IMG/VR virus record: IMGVR_UViG_3300050821_000498
Direction: 5' to 3' (one strand)
From: an uncultured virus (IMG/VR IMGVR_UViG_3300050821_000498)
Taxonomy: Duplodnaviria > Heunggongvirae > Uroviricota > Caudoviricetes
DNA length: 64,000 nucleotides
How positions within the stretch are numbered: position 1 is the first letter of the stretch; each line of letters opens with the position of its first letter. The notes beneath the pieces are model-generated. The model saw only the letters and a list, made by a program, of their open reading frames with translations. It was not told where the DNA came from and did not search any database. Below, in pieces: positions 11,392 to 20,341 of this stretch. Position numbers and translations under genes: made by a program.

Positions 11392-12220
11392 TTTGAACAA
11401 AGAACGAGATTGGCAGCAAGAGGCAATAACGCTTAGGAACACTCGTATGTTCTCTAAGCGTGAAATTGCTAAAATGATTCATGTCCCTCGCAGTACATGT
11501 TTAGATTTTCTTCGTGCTTATGATCGTATGATTCCTCAAGTACAAGAACATGATAATTCTCGTATTCTATGGATAAGCGACCTTCATGCCCCTTTTCACA
11601 ATAAAAATTCTCTTAAATTTCTAAAAGGACTGAAAGATAAATATAACCCTACTCGCATTATTTGTGGAGGAGATGAAGCTGATGCTCAAGGATTAAATAT
11701 GCATGGTGTTAATCCTGACCTGCCTTCAGCCGGACACGAACTAGAGATGGCGAAAGCGTTTATGCAAGAGTTAGCAGAAATTTTCCCCGTAATGGATATT
11801 CTAGAAAGTAACCATACGTCTCTTGCATATCGCAGGGCATTTAAGGCCGGTATCTCTAAAGGTTATATGAAGAGTTACAATGAAATATTTGATGTTCCTG
11901 ACACATGGATATGGCATGACGACCTTACTGTCATTTTACCTAATGGACAGTTATGTTATTTTTGTCATGGCAAATCTACTGATGGTTTGAAACTATCTCG
12001 TAACATGGCTTGTAATGTTGTCCAAGGTCATTATCATTCTAAGTTTGCCATTCAGTATTGGAGTAATCCGACTAACTTGTTTTGGAGTATGCAAGCAGGA
12101 TGTTTGATTGATGATAAAAGTATGGCGATGGCATATAATAAGTTAACTCTTGAACGTCCTATTATTGGTACTGGATTGATTATAGATTCTAAGCCTATAT
12201 TAGAAGCTATGTGTTTATGA
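11315..12220 (+). CDS. Calcineurin-like metallophosphoesterase with N-terminal HTH (start probably near 11393)
   Basis: SDLH, GDEAD, SNH, HG, GHYH motifs; SKREIAKMIHVPRSTC HTH. Confidence 0.85.
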   Translation: MFNMLWIVCNQLLIGWGLNLQLRGSDLNKERDWQQEAITLRNTRMFSKREIAKMIHVPRSTCLDFLRAYDRMIPQVQEHDNSRILWISDLHAPFHNKNSLKFLKGLKDKYNPTRIICGGDEADAQGLNMHGVNPDLPSAGHELEMAKAFMQELAEIFPVMDILESNHTSLAYRRAFKAGISKGYMKSYNEIFDVPDTWIWHDDLTVILPNGQLCYFCHGKSTDGLKLSRNMACNVVQGHYHSKFAIQYWSNPTNLFWSMQAGCLIDDKSMAMAYNKLTLERPIIGTGLIIDSKPILEAMCL

Positions 12221-12801
12221 CTTTAAAAGATTTTAAATTAGAAAATGGGGATTGGGCTTATAGGATAACTGATGAAAATGGGAAAAGACATTTTACAAGG
12301 GCTGGATTGCTTTATCACGCACTAAAACAAAGAGTTAATCCTAATGGCAGGAAACAAAAAGATAGTCCTCTTTATCAAGGATGTTACTCAACATTTGATA
12401 GTTTTCAAGCCTTTTCTAACTGGTGTCAAACTCAAGTCGGTTATTTAGAAGGGTATCACCTAGACAAAGATTTAATTACCAAAGATAATAAAGAGTATGG
12501 TGAATTTACTTGTCTGTTCATACCACAGCAATTAAATAAATTGATCACTAACAGAAAAAGATTTCGTGGGGAATTGCCAATTGGTGTCAGTAGAGATAAG
12601 TATGGAATAAGAGCTTCTTGCCAGCACGGTACAAAAATAGCTAAATTTTTAGGTTATTTTAAAACCCCGGAAGAGGCTTTTAATGCATATAAATCTTTTA
12701 AAGAGAACTATATTAAAGAGCAAGCAGAACTCTGGAAAGACAAAATCGATCCAAGAGCTTACAATGCACTGATGAACTACGAAGTGTTAATAACAGATTA
12801 G
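12211..12801 (+). CDS. HNH-type homing endonuclease with AP2-like C-terminus
   Basis: YHLDKD..NKEY..TCLFIP..N, LPIGV, FLGYFKTPEEAFNAY. Confidence 0.8.
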   Translation: MFMTLKDFKLENGDWAYRITDENGKRHFTRAGLLYHALKQRVNPNGRKQKDSPLYQGCYSTFDSFQAFSNWCQTQVGYLEGYHLDKDLITKDNKEYGEFTCLFIPQQLNKLITNRKRFRGELPIGVSRDKYGIRASCQHGTKIAKFLGYFKTPEEAFNAYKSFKENYIKEQAELWKDKIDPRAYNALMNYEVLITD

Positions 12802-13282
12802 GAGAAACAATGGACATAACATATGATGCAAGGATTCCACCTGAGCAGTCTCAGGTAATTAATAAAGTTATCTACGGCACAGATAACGAGTACCTAGAAA
12901 AAGAATCCTCATTCTTAACATTGAACGATGGTGGGTCGGATTTCTGGGTTCATCGTACAGACATCCCAAACCTAATCAAAGCTCTGCAAAAAGCTATATC
13001 TCTTGGCTGGCATCTTGTGTAATGTGGCAAAAACAAATTAGTCTAGGCCAAATGATGCCTATTGGAATGCTCTGCCTAAGCAATGGAAACATAGCATTCT
13101 TTCGTCTACAAGAGTTTGAAACTATTTTTGACCAAGACGAACAAGGGATCACAGTTGCTAGTTTTGATATGGAGGATTTCGATATAAATGGAACAGTATT
13201 AAAATACGATTGCCAATATAATTATAAAGAAATACCAGAATTGCTTGAATGGCTTAAATCACAACAACTATAAAGGAAAATA

Positions 13283-13657
13283 ATGACGTTACAAGATACA
13301 ATTAATAATCTAGTGTTTGTATGCCATACCGCAAGTAATAATGCAGGTTGGTGGAAAGACCAAGATGGTGTGAATACTACTAATAATCCTTTGACATTTA
13401 GTAATAAACTTATGCTGATTGTTAGCGAAGTGGCTGAAGCTATGGAAGGGGACAGGAAAAACTGCAAAGACGATAAGCTACCACATAGAGATATGCGTGA
13501 AGTGGAATTAGCAGATGCCTTAATCCGTATAGCAGACCTTGCTGGAGCTTATGAAATGGACTTAGGAGGTGCCGTAGTAGAGAAGATGGATTATAACCGC
13601 ACACGTAAAGACCATCAAAAAGATAGCAGGGCAGCAGAAGGTGGAAAGAAGTACTAG
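13283..13657 (+). CDS. MazG-like NTP pyrophosphohydrolase
   Basis: LIVSEVAEAMEG..EVELADALIRIAD..EKMDYN. Confidence 0.85.
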   Translation: MTLQDTINNLVFVCHTASNNAGWWKDQDGVNTTNNPLTFSNKLMLIVSEVAEAMEGDRKNCKDDKLPHRDMREVELADALIRIADLAGAYEMDLGGAVVEKMDYNRTRKDHQKDSRAAEGGKKY

Positions 13658-13816
13658 AACAGGAGAAGCCATGAAGAAATACCAAGCTGCAATTTATGTA
13701 GAAATAGATGCTAAAGACAGAGAAGAAGCCTCAGATAAGATTAATGAAATGATATCTCAATGGGAAGGGTTCGCAGAATATTCAGAAATTTACGATATGG
13801 ATGAAGAGGCTTCAAA

Positions 13817-14281
13817 ATGATATCAATCAGCTTTGAGGATTTGAAATTAGTAGATACACTGAAGCATCTCGATTACATGAGTATGCTGCATCCAGATAAT
13901 GATAAACTAATGATGAGTGTGTTAGGACAGATTGGATTTGATGTCAGTAAGCCAATTAAGTATCTTCCTAGTAAGCATAGGACACTCGCTAATAAAATAG
14001 TAATCAATTTTAGGGCTGTAGGAGAGATAGACAAATATTATAAAAACCATGATATTTATACACGTATTGCTGTAGCAGGAATGGACGACATTGAAATGGC
14101 TAGGGACATGTGTGGAATTCTTAACAGTGCTCCTACATTTGAAAGTAGGCTACCAGAGTTGTCTGGTGGATACAAAGCTGATGAGTTTCCTCCAGAGATG
14201 ATTGAAAAAGATTATGAGGAAGTTAGGAAGCAAATTAGACAGCTTGAGGATTTGAAGGATTTTATTAGGAAAGGGGTTTGA
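13817..14281 (+). CDS. Hypothetical protein
   Basis: 154-aa ORF coupled to nrdB. Confidence 0.6.
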   Translation: MISISFEDLKLVDTLKHLDYMSMLHPDNDKLMMSVLGQIGFDVSKPIKYLPSKHRTLANKIVINFRAVGEIDKYYKNHDIYTRIAVAGMDDIEMARDMCGILNSAPTFESRLPELSGGYKADEFPPEMIEKDYEEVRKQIRQLEDLKDFIRKGV

Positions 14282-15276
14282 TGAAGAAACTACCAAGGAT
14301 AATGACACACACTGATAGTTATGTAACGCATTACCCTCAGTTTATTGAGTTAGCAGATACACAATTAGAGAAATGCTTCTGGACATCTAATGAAATTAAT
14401 ATTGATAAAGATAAACAAGATATGCTTGTTAATCTTACAGAAGCAGAACACCATGCGGTAGTAACAGCACTAAAGTTATTCGTAAAGTACGAGTTGTTTG
14501 TAGGCACTGAATACTGGCTTACACGAATTATGAAAATGTTTCCAAGGCCAGAAATACAACGAATGGCAGCAGTGTTTGGCATGGTAGAGTTAGCTGTGCA
14601 TGCGCCATTTTATAATAAGCTTAATGAAGTGTTGGGCTTAAATACTGATGAGTTTTATACAAGTTATATAGATGACCCTATTCTTAAAGATAGGGTAGAT
14701 TTTCTAGATAATATTGTAAGTAGTGATAACGATATGCTAAGTCTTGCAGTATTTAGCTTGATTGAAGGTGCTGTGTTGTTTAGCTCATTTGCGATGTTTA
14801 AGAATTTTCAAAGCAATGGTAATAACCTAATTAGCAATGTTGTTCAGGGAATTAATCAATCAGTGATTGACGAAGGAACTCATCAGACTGGTGGAGCGGC
14901 ACTCTTTAAAGCTGCAATGAAAGAATTAAAACTTAAACCGGAAGAGAAAGAAGAATTATTTTCAAATATTAAATTAGCCGCTAAAGCCATTGGTGCTCAT
15001 GAAGATCGCATAACAGACATGTTCTTTGAGAAGGGTAATCTTCGTGGTATGCGCAAAGAAGAATTGAAAGCCTTCAATCACAGCCGTGTCAATGTATGTT
15101 TGAGTGATTTAGGAATTGAGCCTGTATTTTCTACTGAGGATAACCCTGTAGCTTCATGGTTTTATGATGGTGTGCAAAAGATGCAGTCACATGACTTCTT
15201 TGCTAAGATGGGTAGGGAATATCAACGAGGTTGGAATGAAAAAGCTTTTGTTTGGGCTGTAAAGGAGCAAAGTTAA
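14278..15276 (+). CDS. nrdB: Ribonucleotide reductase class Ia beta subunit
   Basis: FW..E, ELAVH..FY (radical Tyr), IEG..F, DEGTH, HDFF tail. Confidence 0.92.
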   Translation: MMKKLPRIMTHTDSYVTHYPQFIELADTQLEKCFWTSNEINIDKDKQDMLVNLTEAEHHAVVTALKLFVKYELFVGTEYWLTRIMKMFPRPEIQRMAAVFGMVELAVHAPFYNKLNEVLGLNTDEFYTSYIDDPILKDRVDFLDNIVSSDNDMLSLAVFSLIEGAVLFSSFAMFKNFQSNGNNLISNVVQGINQSVIDEGTHQTGGAALFKAAMKELKLKPEEKEELFSNIKLAAKAIGAHEDRITDMFFEKGNLRGMRKEELKAFNHSRVNVCLSDLGIEPVFSTEDNPVASWFYDGVQKMQSHDFFAKMGREYQRGWNEKAFVWAVKEQS

Positions 15277-17015
15277 TGTCAGATAATTTGTATGAACAAT
15301 TTAGTGAAGAACGTAAAGCAGGTCAATTAGATGGCACTATTCCAGAGTGGATGTCTACAGCGGGATACCAGATGTTCAAGACTAAATACCTGTATCAAGC
15401 TGAGAACCCAAAAGAGCAATTTGAACGTATCGCTAAGACAGCGGCTAAACATGCACCTAATATGAGTGTTCCAGGCGCAGAAGAGTTATTTCAATATTAT
15501 AAAAATTCTGAAGATTACTGGACAGACACATTCTTTAAAGTGTTATGGAAAGGTTGGCTATGCTGCTCCACTCCTGTTCTGGCTAATATGGGAACTACTC
15601 GCGGATGTCCTGTAAGCTGCGCTGGCAGTGTTATTGATGATTCTATTGAGGGTTTCTATGATGCCTACAAAGAGATTGCCATTCTAACTAAACAAGGGTT
15701 TGGAACAGCTACAGATTTAACGCCAATACGTAAACGTGGAAGTGCAATTAGTTCAGGTGGAAAAGCTTCAGGTGTGCTACCAGTATTGAAGCACTTTGTA
15801 CAAGATATGCGAGATGTAGCACAAGGAAACACACGAAGGGGAGCATGGGCAGGGTATTTAGATATACAACATGGGGATTTTTGGGAGGTAGTGCAGTATC
15901 TTGAAGAACAACCAGATGACCTTAATATTGGTTGGATTATTACGGATAAGTTTATTTCCAAACTTCAGAAGGGTAGTAAAGAGGCGACTAAGAGGTATCA
16001 ACGTGCTTTGAAAGCAAAGATGATATTTGGTAAAGGCTATTTTTTCTTTGTAGATAAAGTGAATCGTCAACGTCCTGAGATGTATAAGGACTTTGGATTG
16101 ATGGTTAAAGCGTCTCAGTTGTGCTCGGAAATTATGCTTCACTCTAGCCCTGACCTTACGTATACTTGTGTGCTGTCTTGGATGAACTTATCTAAGGCAG
16201 ATGAATGGGAAAACACAGATGCAGTATTTGTGTCTACTGTATTTCTTGATTGTGTTGTATCAGAATTCTTGGAACAAGCTAGGAATATTGGAGGCATGGA
16301 AAAAGCTGTAGCTAGCACAGAAAAGGGCAGAGCTATCGGATTAGGCGCTGGGGGGTTCCATACATATCTTCAATCTCATAATATGGAGTTTGGTGGAATA
16401 GAAGCTCACTTGTTTAATGGGCGTATATTTAAGCATATTGATGAGGACTCTCTTAAAGCTTCAAAATGGTTAGCTGAAAAACTTGGCGAGCCTGATTGGT
16501 GCAAAGGATACGGTCTACGATTCACTCACAGGATGGCTGTAGCGCCCACCAAGAGCACTGCATTGATTTATGGCGGGATTAGTGAGGGAATTAATCCAGA
16601 CATCGCTATGAGCTTTACACAGCTTACAGCGGCAGGTGAAGTTGATAGGGTAAATCCTACGCTATTGAATCTTATCAAGTCTAAAGGCTTGGATGTTGAA
16701 ACATGTATTAAAGACACTGTAAAATCCCAAGGAAGTGTACAACATGTAGATTGGTTGACAGAAGATGAAAAGAAAATATTCAAGACAGCTTTTGAAATTA
16801 ATCAGAAAGATATTATACGTCTAGCAGCTACAAGGCAGCGTTATATTGACCAAGGACAATCATTGAACTTATTCTTTGCAGGTAATGCTGATGAATCTCT
16901 AATATCTGAAGTGCATCAAGAGGCTTTTGAGAATGAAAATATTCTAAGTTTATACTATGTATATTCATCTCGTGGAGTGGTTAGCAGTAGTAGTGAATGT
17001 GTAGCTTGTATGTGA
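15276..17015 (+). CDS. nrdA: Ribonucleotide reductase class Ia alpha subunit (short, no ATP cone)
   Basis: PVSC, RRGA, QLCSE, APT, DQGQSLN, SLYY, C-terminal CVAC. Confidence 0.93.
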   Translation: MSDNLYEQFSEERKAGQLDGTIPEWMSTAGYQMFKTKYLYQAENPKEQFERIAKTAAKHAPNMSVPGAEELFQYYKNSEDYWTDTFFKVLWKGWLCCSTPVLANMGTTRGCPVSCAGSVIDDSIEGFYDAYKEIAILTKQGFGTATDLTPIRKRGSAISSGGKASGVLPVLKHFVQDMRDVAQGNTRRGAWAGYLDIQHGDFWEVVQYLEEQPDDLNIGWIITDKFISKLQKGSKEATKRYQRALKAKMIFGKGYFFFVDKVNRQRPEMYKDFGLMVKASQLCSEIMLHSSPDLTYTCVLSWMNLSKADEWENTDAVFVSTVFLDCVVSEFLEQARNIGGMEKAVASTEKGRAIGLGAGGFHTYLQSHNMEFGGIEAHLFNGRIFKHIDEDSLKASKWLAEKLGEPDWCKGYGLRFTHRMAVAPTKSTALIYGGISEGINPDIAMSFTQLTAAGEVDRVNPTLLNLIKSKGLDVETCIKDTVKSQGSVQHVDWLTEDEKKIFKTAFEINQKDIIRLAATRQRYIDQGQSLNLFFAGNADESLISEVHQEAFENENILSLYYVYSSRGVVSSSSECVACM

Positions 17016-17021
17016 CTTAAC

Positions 17022-17050
17022 TTGACAATACAAAGAGATTACCTTAAACT
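17022..17050 (+). promoter_or_regulatory. sigma70-like promoter
   Basis: TTGACA-N17-TAAACT upstream of the 17081 ORF. Confidence 0.6.
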
Positions 17051-17080
17051 GTAATCTCTAATTTATATAAAGGATTTATT

Positions 17081-17272
17081 ATGAAAGCATTTGGAGCACT
17101 AGGATTGATTGTAGTCTATCTTACACTGTTCGTAGGCGGTATTTACGGATGGATATTGAATTTACTAAACATTTTACACTATGATCATATCGTACTAACT
17201 GGTAAAGTAGCATTGCAAGTGATTGGCATCTTCATTCCATTTATTGGCAGCATTATGGGATTTTTGGTATGA
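17081..17272 (+). CDS. Small membrane protein
   Basis: Two hydrophobic helices. Confidence 0.6.
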   Translation: MKAFGALGLIVVYLTLFVGGIYGWILNLLNILHYDHIVLTGKVALQVIGIFIPFIGSIMGFLV

Positions 17273-17782
17273 CATTAACATCTACTGATGAAATGATACT
17301 AGTTTCAAAAGATGAGTATCATAAACTTTTAGATGCTGCCCACTTCCTGAACTGTCTAAGGAATGCAGGGGTGGATAATTGGAATGGCTATGGATATGCG
17401 CAAGAAGCATACAATGAAGATGATAATTGGGAGGAAGAATGAGTTGGTATGATAGAGCTATGAAAGCTTTCGATCAAGAATATGAGGATGGTTTGATAAC
17501 GTCTAAAGAATATAGGGCAGCTATGCGTGATTTGAATTCCGAATATGAACAAGCTGCTCAAGATGCAGCACAGGAGGCTTATGATGAGTATTATTAATGG
17601 ACAAACTAAAGAAGATTATGGGTATGTACCTACAATGTCTTATGAAGAAATAATTGAAAAAGCTAAAGGTAATTTTGTACTGTTCCTTAACGGATGTGAC
17701 ATACAAGATATTGTTAAACATTTGGGGAAACTACCTTACAGTGATGTATCTGACTTAATATCTAAAATCAGAGGTAAGGGTA

Positions 17783-18094
17783 TTGCACTTACAAAATTTG
17801 AACAAATTAAAGGAGAATGAATTGACAGTAACAACAATAGACACTACAGAGGGAAACGTACGGATTGACTCTCAAGAGTTTGGTAAATTTAATAATCGAG
17901 CACTAGACGTACTAGAGCAAATTTCTGAGCTACAAAAGGATTTGAAAGAAATCGTAGAAGAAGCCGCTGATGCTACAAAGTTGAAGAAAGGCTTGATTAA
18001 TAAATATTTTAAATCGCGTCATAAATTCAAAACAAAAGAAGCCAAAGTTGAAGGTGACTTGTTTGAGTCTCTTGATAATGCATTGGATAATTAA
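17783..18094 (+). CDS. Coiled-coil dsDNA-binding protein (T4 DsbA/GapR-like), tentative
   Basis: LEQISELQKDLKEIVEEA..K.L.K..INK pattern. Confidence 0.5.
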   Translation: MHLQNLNKLKENELTVTTIDTTEGNVRIDSQEFGKFNNRALDVLEQISELQKDLKEIVEEAADATKLKKGLINKYFKSRHKFKTKEAKVEGDLFESLDNALDN

Positions 18095-18250
18095 TGTTCA
18101 CATCTCTATTTGACCTAGCAGCCAATCTTACGAAGATTGTAGTGGCCCCTATTGAAGTTGTAGCTGGAGTTGCTAATACAGTATTGGAGCCTGTTGTAGA
18201 GGCTACAGAGGAAATTGTAAAGGATATTAAGAGTATTAACGATTAGACGT

Positions 18251-18289
18251 AAAAAAGGGACTGAAGCCTAATTAAAGGTTCTCAGTCCC
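18251..18289 (-). terminator. Intrinsic terminator at the end of the late operon, where the two arms converge
   Basis: GGGACTGA/TCAGTCCC stem followed by T6 on the - strand. Confidence 0.75.
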
Positions 18290-18324
18290 AACGAGATAGC
18301 CTATCCACAGGCTTTAAAACTATA

Positions 18325-18663
18325 TTATTTTGATCTATTTTCAGTTCTATCTACTTTAGCTTTTAAGAGAATCAATTCCTGCTGCTGCTCTATACGTTTC
18401 ATTATTTCTAAAAGTTCTGTTCTCTTAACATATGCATCCTCTATAGATGCTACCTTAGCAGTCAGTGCAGTTAAATCCCTCTTGGTAGTCTCCATAGAGT
18501 CCCCTAGCTGCACTACTTTCACATATGTTAGAAACATACCACCACAAATAGCTACTATCAACGAAGGGACAACGCGCTCCCGAATAAGCCCCCAGAAATC
18601 AAATATTTGCTTATCTTGCTCTGGCATCTCATTCCTCATCAATAAAATATACTGGCTTACCAA
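18325..18663 (-). CDS. Membrane-anchored coiled-coil protein (lysis-associated)
   Basis: One TM helix then coiled coil; last gene of the late operon. Confidence 0.55.
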   Translation of the reverse strand: MVSQYILLMRNEMPEQDKQIFDFWGLIRERVVPSLIVAICGGMFLTYVKVVQLGDSMETTKRDLTALTAKVASIEDAYVKRTELLEIMKRIEQQQELILLKAKVDRTENRSK

Positions 18664-19135
18664 GATTCTGTGCAGCTAACACAACAGAAGATGGAGTAGC
18701 TACGTTTCCTAAATCTATTCCAGACATCCTACGACATTGAATTACTAGCTTAGCACATTCATAGACATCTCTACTAGACAAATTAAGCTTCTTAAAGAAA
18801 GCCCTAATAGCTTCTATTTTACTATATTTGCCTTTACCTACTAATGACATTCCGTAGTTGAATTCTTCATCTGACATCGGAGCGTTCATAGGGATAATAT
18901 AAAATCCGTTATCAAGATAATTTGACAGGGGCATAAGTCTTACAACAGGCTCTACAGACTCTAATACAAACTTCCTATCTCCAATCTCTACAACGACCCC
19001 TACATGTGTGTATTCAGTCTTATCAAATATACGAATAGCCATTATTTGCAAGTCATACCAAGAACCATATGATTTGTGAGATAAGGCTACGATATCACCT
19101 TGAGAAATTCTTGATCTAAATTCAGAATATTTCAT
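18629..19135 (-). CDS. Permuted papain-like (YiiX/YebB, NlpC/P60) cysteine hydrolase
   Basis: GDIV..., YTHVG (His), VLES, YECAKLV (Cys). Confidence 0.75.
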   Translation of the reverse strand: MKYSEFRSRISQGDIVALSHKSYGSWYDLQIMAIRIFDKTEYTHVGVVVEIGDRKFVLESVEPVVRLMPLSNYLDNGFYIIPMNAPMSDEEFNYGMSLVGKGKYSKIEAIRAFFKKLNLSSRDVYECAKLVIQCRRMSGIDLGNVATPSSVVLAAQNLGKPVYFIDEE

Positions 19136-19662
19136 TTAGTTTCTCCATTAAAGCCATTCTTACTTATCCAGTCTTCTAAAGCTCTAATTTGTGCAGATAA
19201 GTCATCAGCTTGTTTCATTAAAGCTCGTAGTTGGTCAGATGTTACTTTGGGTAACTCTACGGTGTCTTGAATATCTGTTCCAGCTTGTTCTGGAAATACC
19301 CCTGTTGTGGAGGAACCTTCATTAATTCCGATGGAACTTGCGGCTTTGGAGCTTGTGGAAGGTTCTGCACAGATAGCCCTTGAGATGCGCAAGCCACCAG
19401 ATTTAGAATTAGTAGCAAGCAAACTAGCATTTTTATCTTTTTCATTTTCATATCCTTCACTTGCTTCTTTAGCTATGCGACTATACTTTAGTATGTCGCT
19501 ATCACGCTTATCTATAGCGTCTTTTAATATTTCATCACTCTTATTCTGCATTGTAATCTTCTCTTTCTGCCAAGAAGCTTCTTCCATTGTTTTACCAACA
19601 TAGAAGCCCCCTAGTGACAAAAATAAAGCAATTACAATAGCAGCTATCAATTTAGCTTCCAT
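19132..19662 (-). CDS. Inner-membrane spanin (Rz-like)
   Basis: N-terminal TM helix, coiled coil, GGLRISRAIC; follows the endolysin. Confidence 0.85.
   Translation of the reverse strand: MEAKLIAAIVIALFLSLGGFYVGKTMEEASWQKEKITMQNKSDEILKDAIDKRDSDILKYSRIAKEASEGYENEKDKNASLLATNSKSGGLRISRAICAEPSTSSKAASSIGINEGSSTTGVFPEQAGTDIQDTVELPKVTSDQLRALMKQADDLSAQIRALEDWISKNGFNGETK
19257..19460 (-). CDS. Outer-membrane spanin lipoprotein (Rz1-like), embedded in the i-spanin gene
   Basis: Lipobox LVAC, Pro-rich PQAPKPQVPSELM; nested in another frame. Confidence 0.85.
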   Translation of the reverse strand: MKDMKMKKIKMLVCLLLILNLVACASQGLSVQNLPQAPKPQVPSELMKVPPQQGYFQNKLEQIFKTP

Positions 19663-19663
19663 G

Positions 19664-20116
19664 TTATTGTCCCTTCAGGCAATACGCCATCTCTTCAGCA
19701 CGTCTTTTAACTAACCCTGGAAGTTGTATCCCTTTAGCATAAGTCCATCGAGGAAGCTCATGACAAGCCCCTACAACATCTCCTGCATTGAGCTTTCTAA
19801 CTAGAGTAGAATTACAATAATTAGCAACTCCAACATTGTATGTGAAGCTTACTAAAGCTGCCCTACGAGTGTCGGGAAGGTACACAAAAGTGCAGCTATC
19901 AACTCCAGTATTAGCAATATCAAGACTACTCTGCAACATTGCTTTACATTGCTCTATTGTATAATGTTGACCAAGTTTAACCCCTTTAGTCTCTCCAAAA
20001 CAAGCAGTAGGAATGCCTACAGGATCATTGTAAGCATATTGTCTAAGCCCTTCAAATCCTGTAACCAATGTAAGAGCTATAGCGGCTGCTCCAGCCTTCA
20101 TTTTATTCGTTGCCAT
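19664..20116 (-). CDS. Endolysin, GH24 lysozyme
   Basis: FEG..AYND..GIPTACFG (E-D-T), SFTYNVG, LPGLVKRR. Confidence 0.93.
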   Translation of the reverse strand: MATNKMKAGAAAIALTLVTGFEGLRQYAYNDPVGIPTACFGETKGVKLGQHYTIEQCKAMLQSSLDIANTGVDSCTFVYLPDTRRAALVSFTYNVGVANYCNSTLVRKLNAGDVVGACHELPRWTYAKGIQLPGLVKRRAEEMAYCLKGQ

Positions 20117-20324
20117 CTTCCCTCCGCTGAGCTATAACACGGGCTGCACCACTAGCAATAGCAGTTAAGACGGATAATGTAGCAAATACGCCTCTTGGCA
20201 TACTATCTACAAATAAAGGAAGAATTACCTCTAAGCCTCCAAACAATCCTGAAAGCAATGTTAAGCGTATACTCCAAGCTTCTTTTAATACCCATTGCCA
20301 ATCATCAATCAAATTAAATTTCAT
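20103..20324 (-). CDS. Putative holin
   Basis: 73 aa, two TM helices, DW..LK.AWS motif, directly upstream of the endolysin. Confidence 0.7.
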   Translation of the reverse strand: MKFNLIDDWQWVLKEAWSIRLTLLSGLFGGLEVILPLFVDSMPRGVFATLSVLTAIASGAARVIAQRREDGNE

Positions 20325-20341
20325 AATTCTTCCTTACATTA

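Noticed and set aside
247..13657. HD hydrolase, MazG-like gene and PolA as a 2-aminoadenine (Z-genome) pathway
   Set aside because: No PurZ/adenylosuccinate synthetase-like gene in the window and the genes are not clustered; both enzymes are common in ordinary phages. DNA outside the window cannot be excluded.
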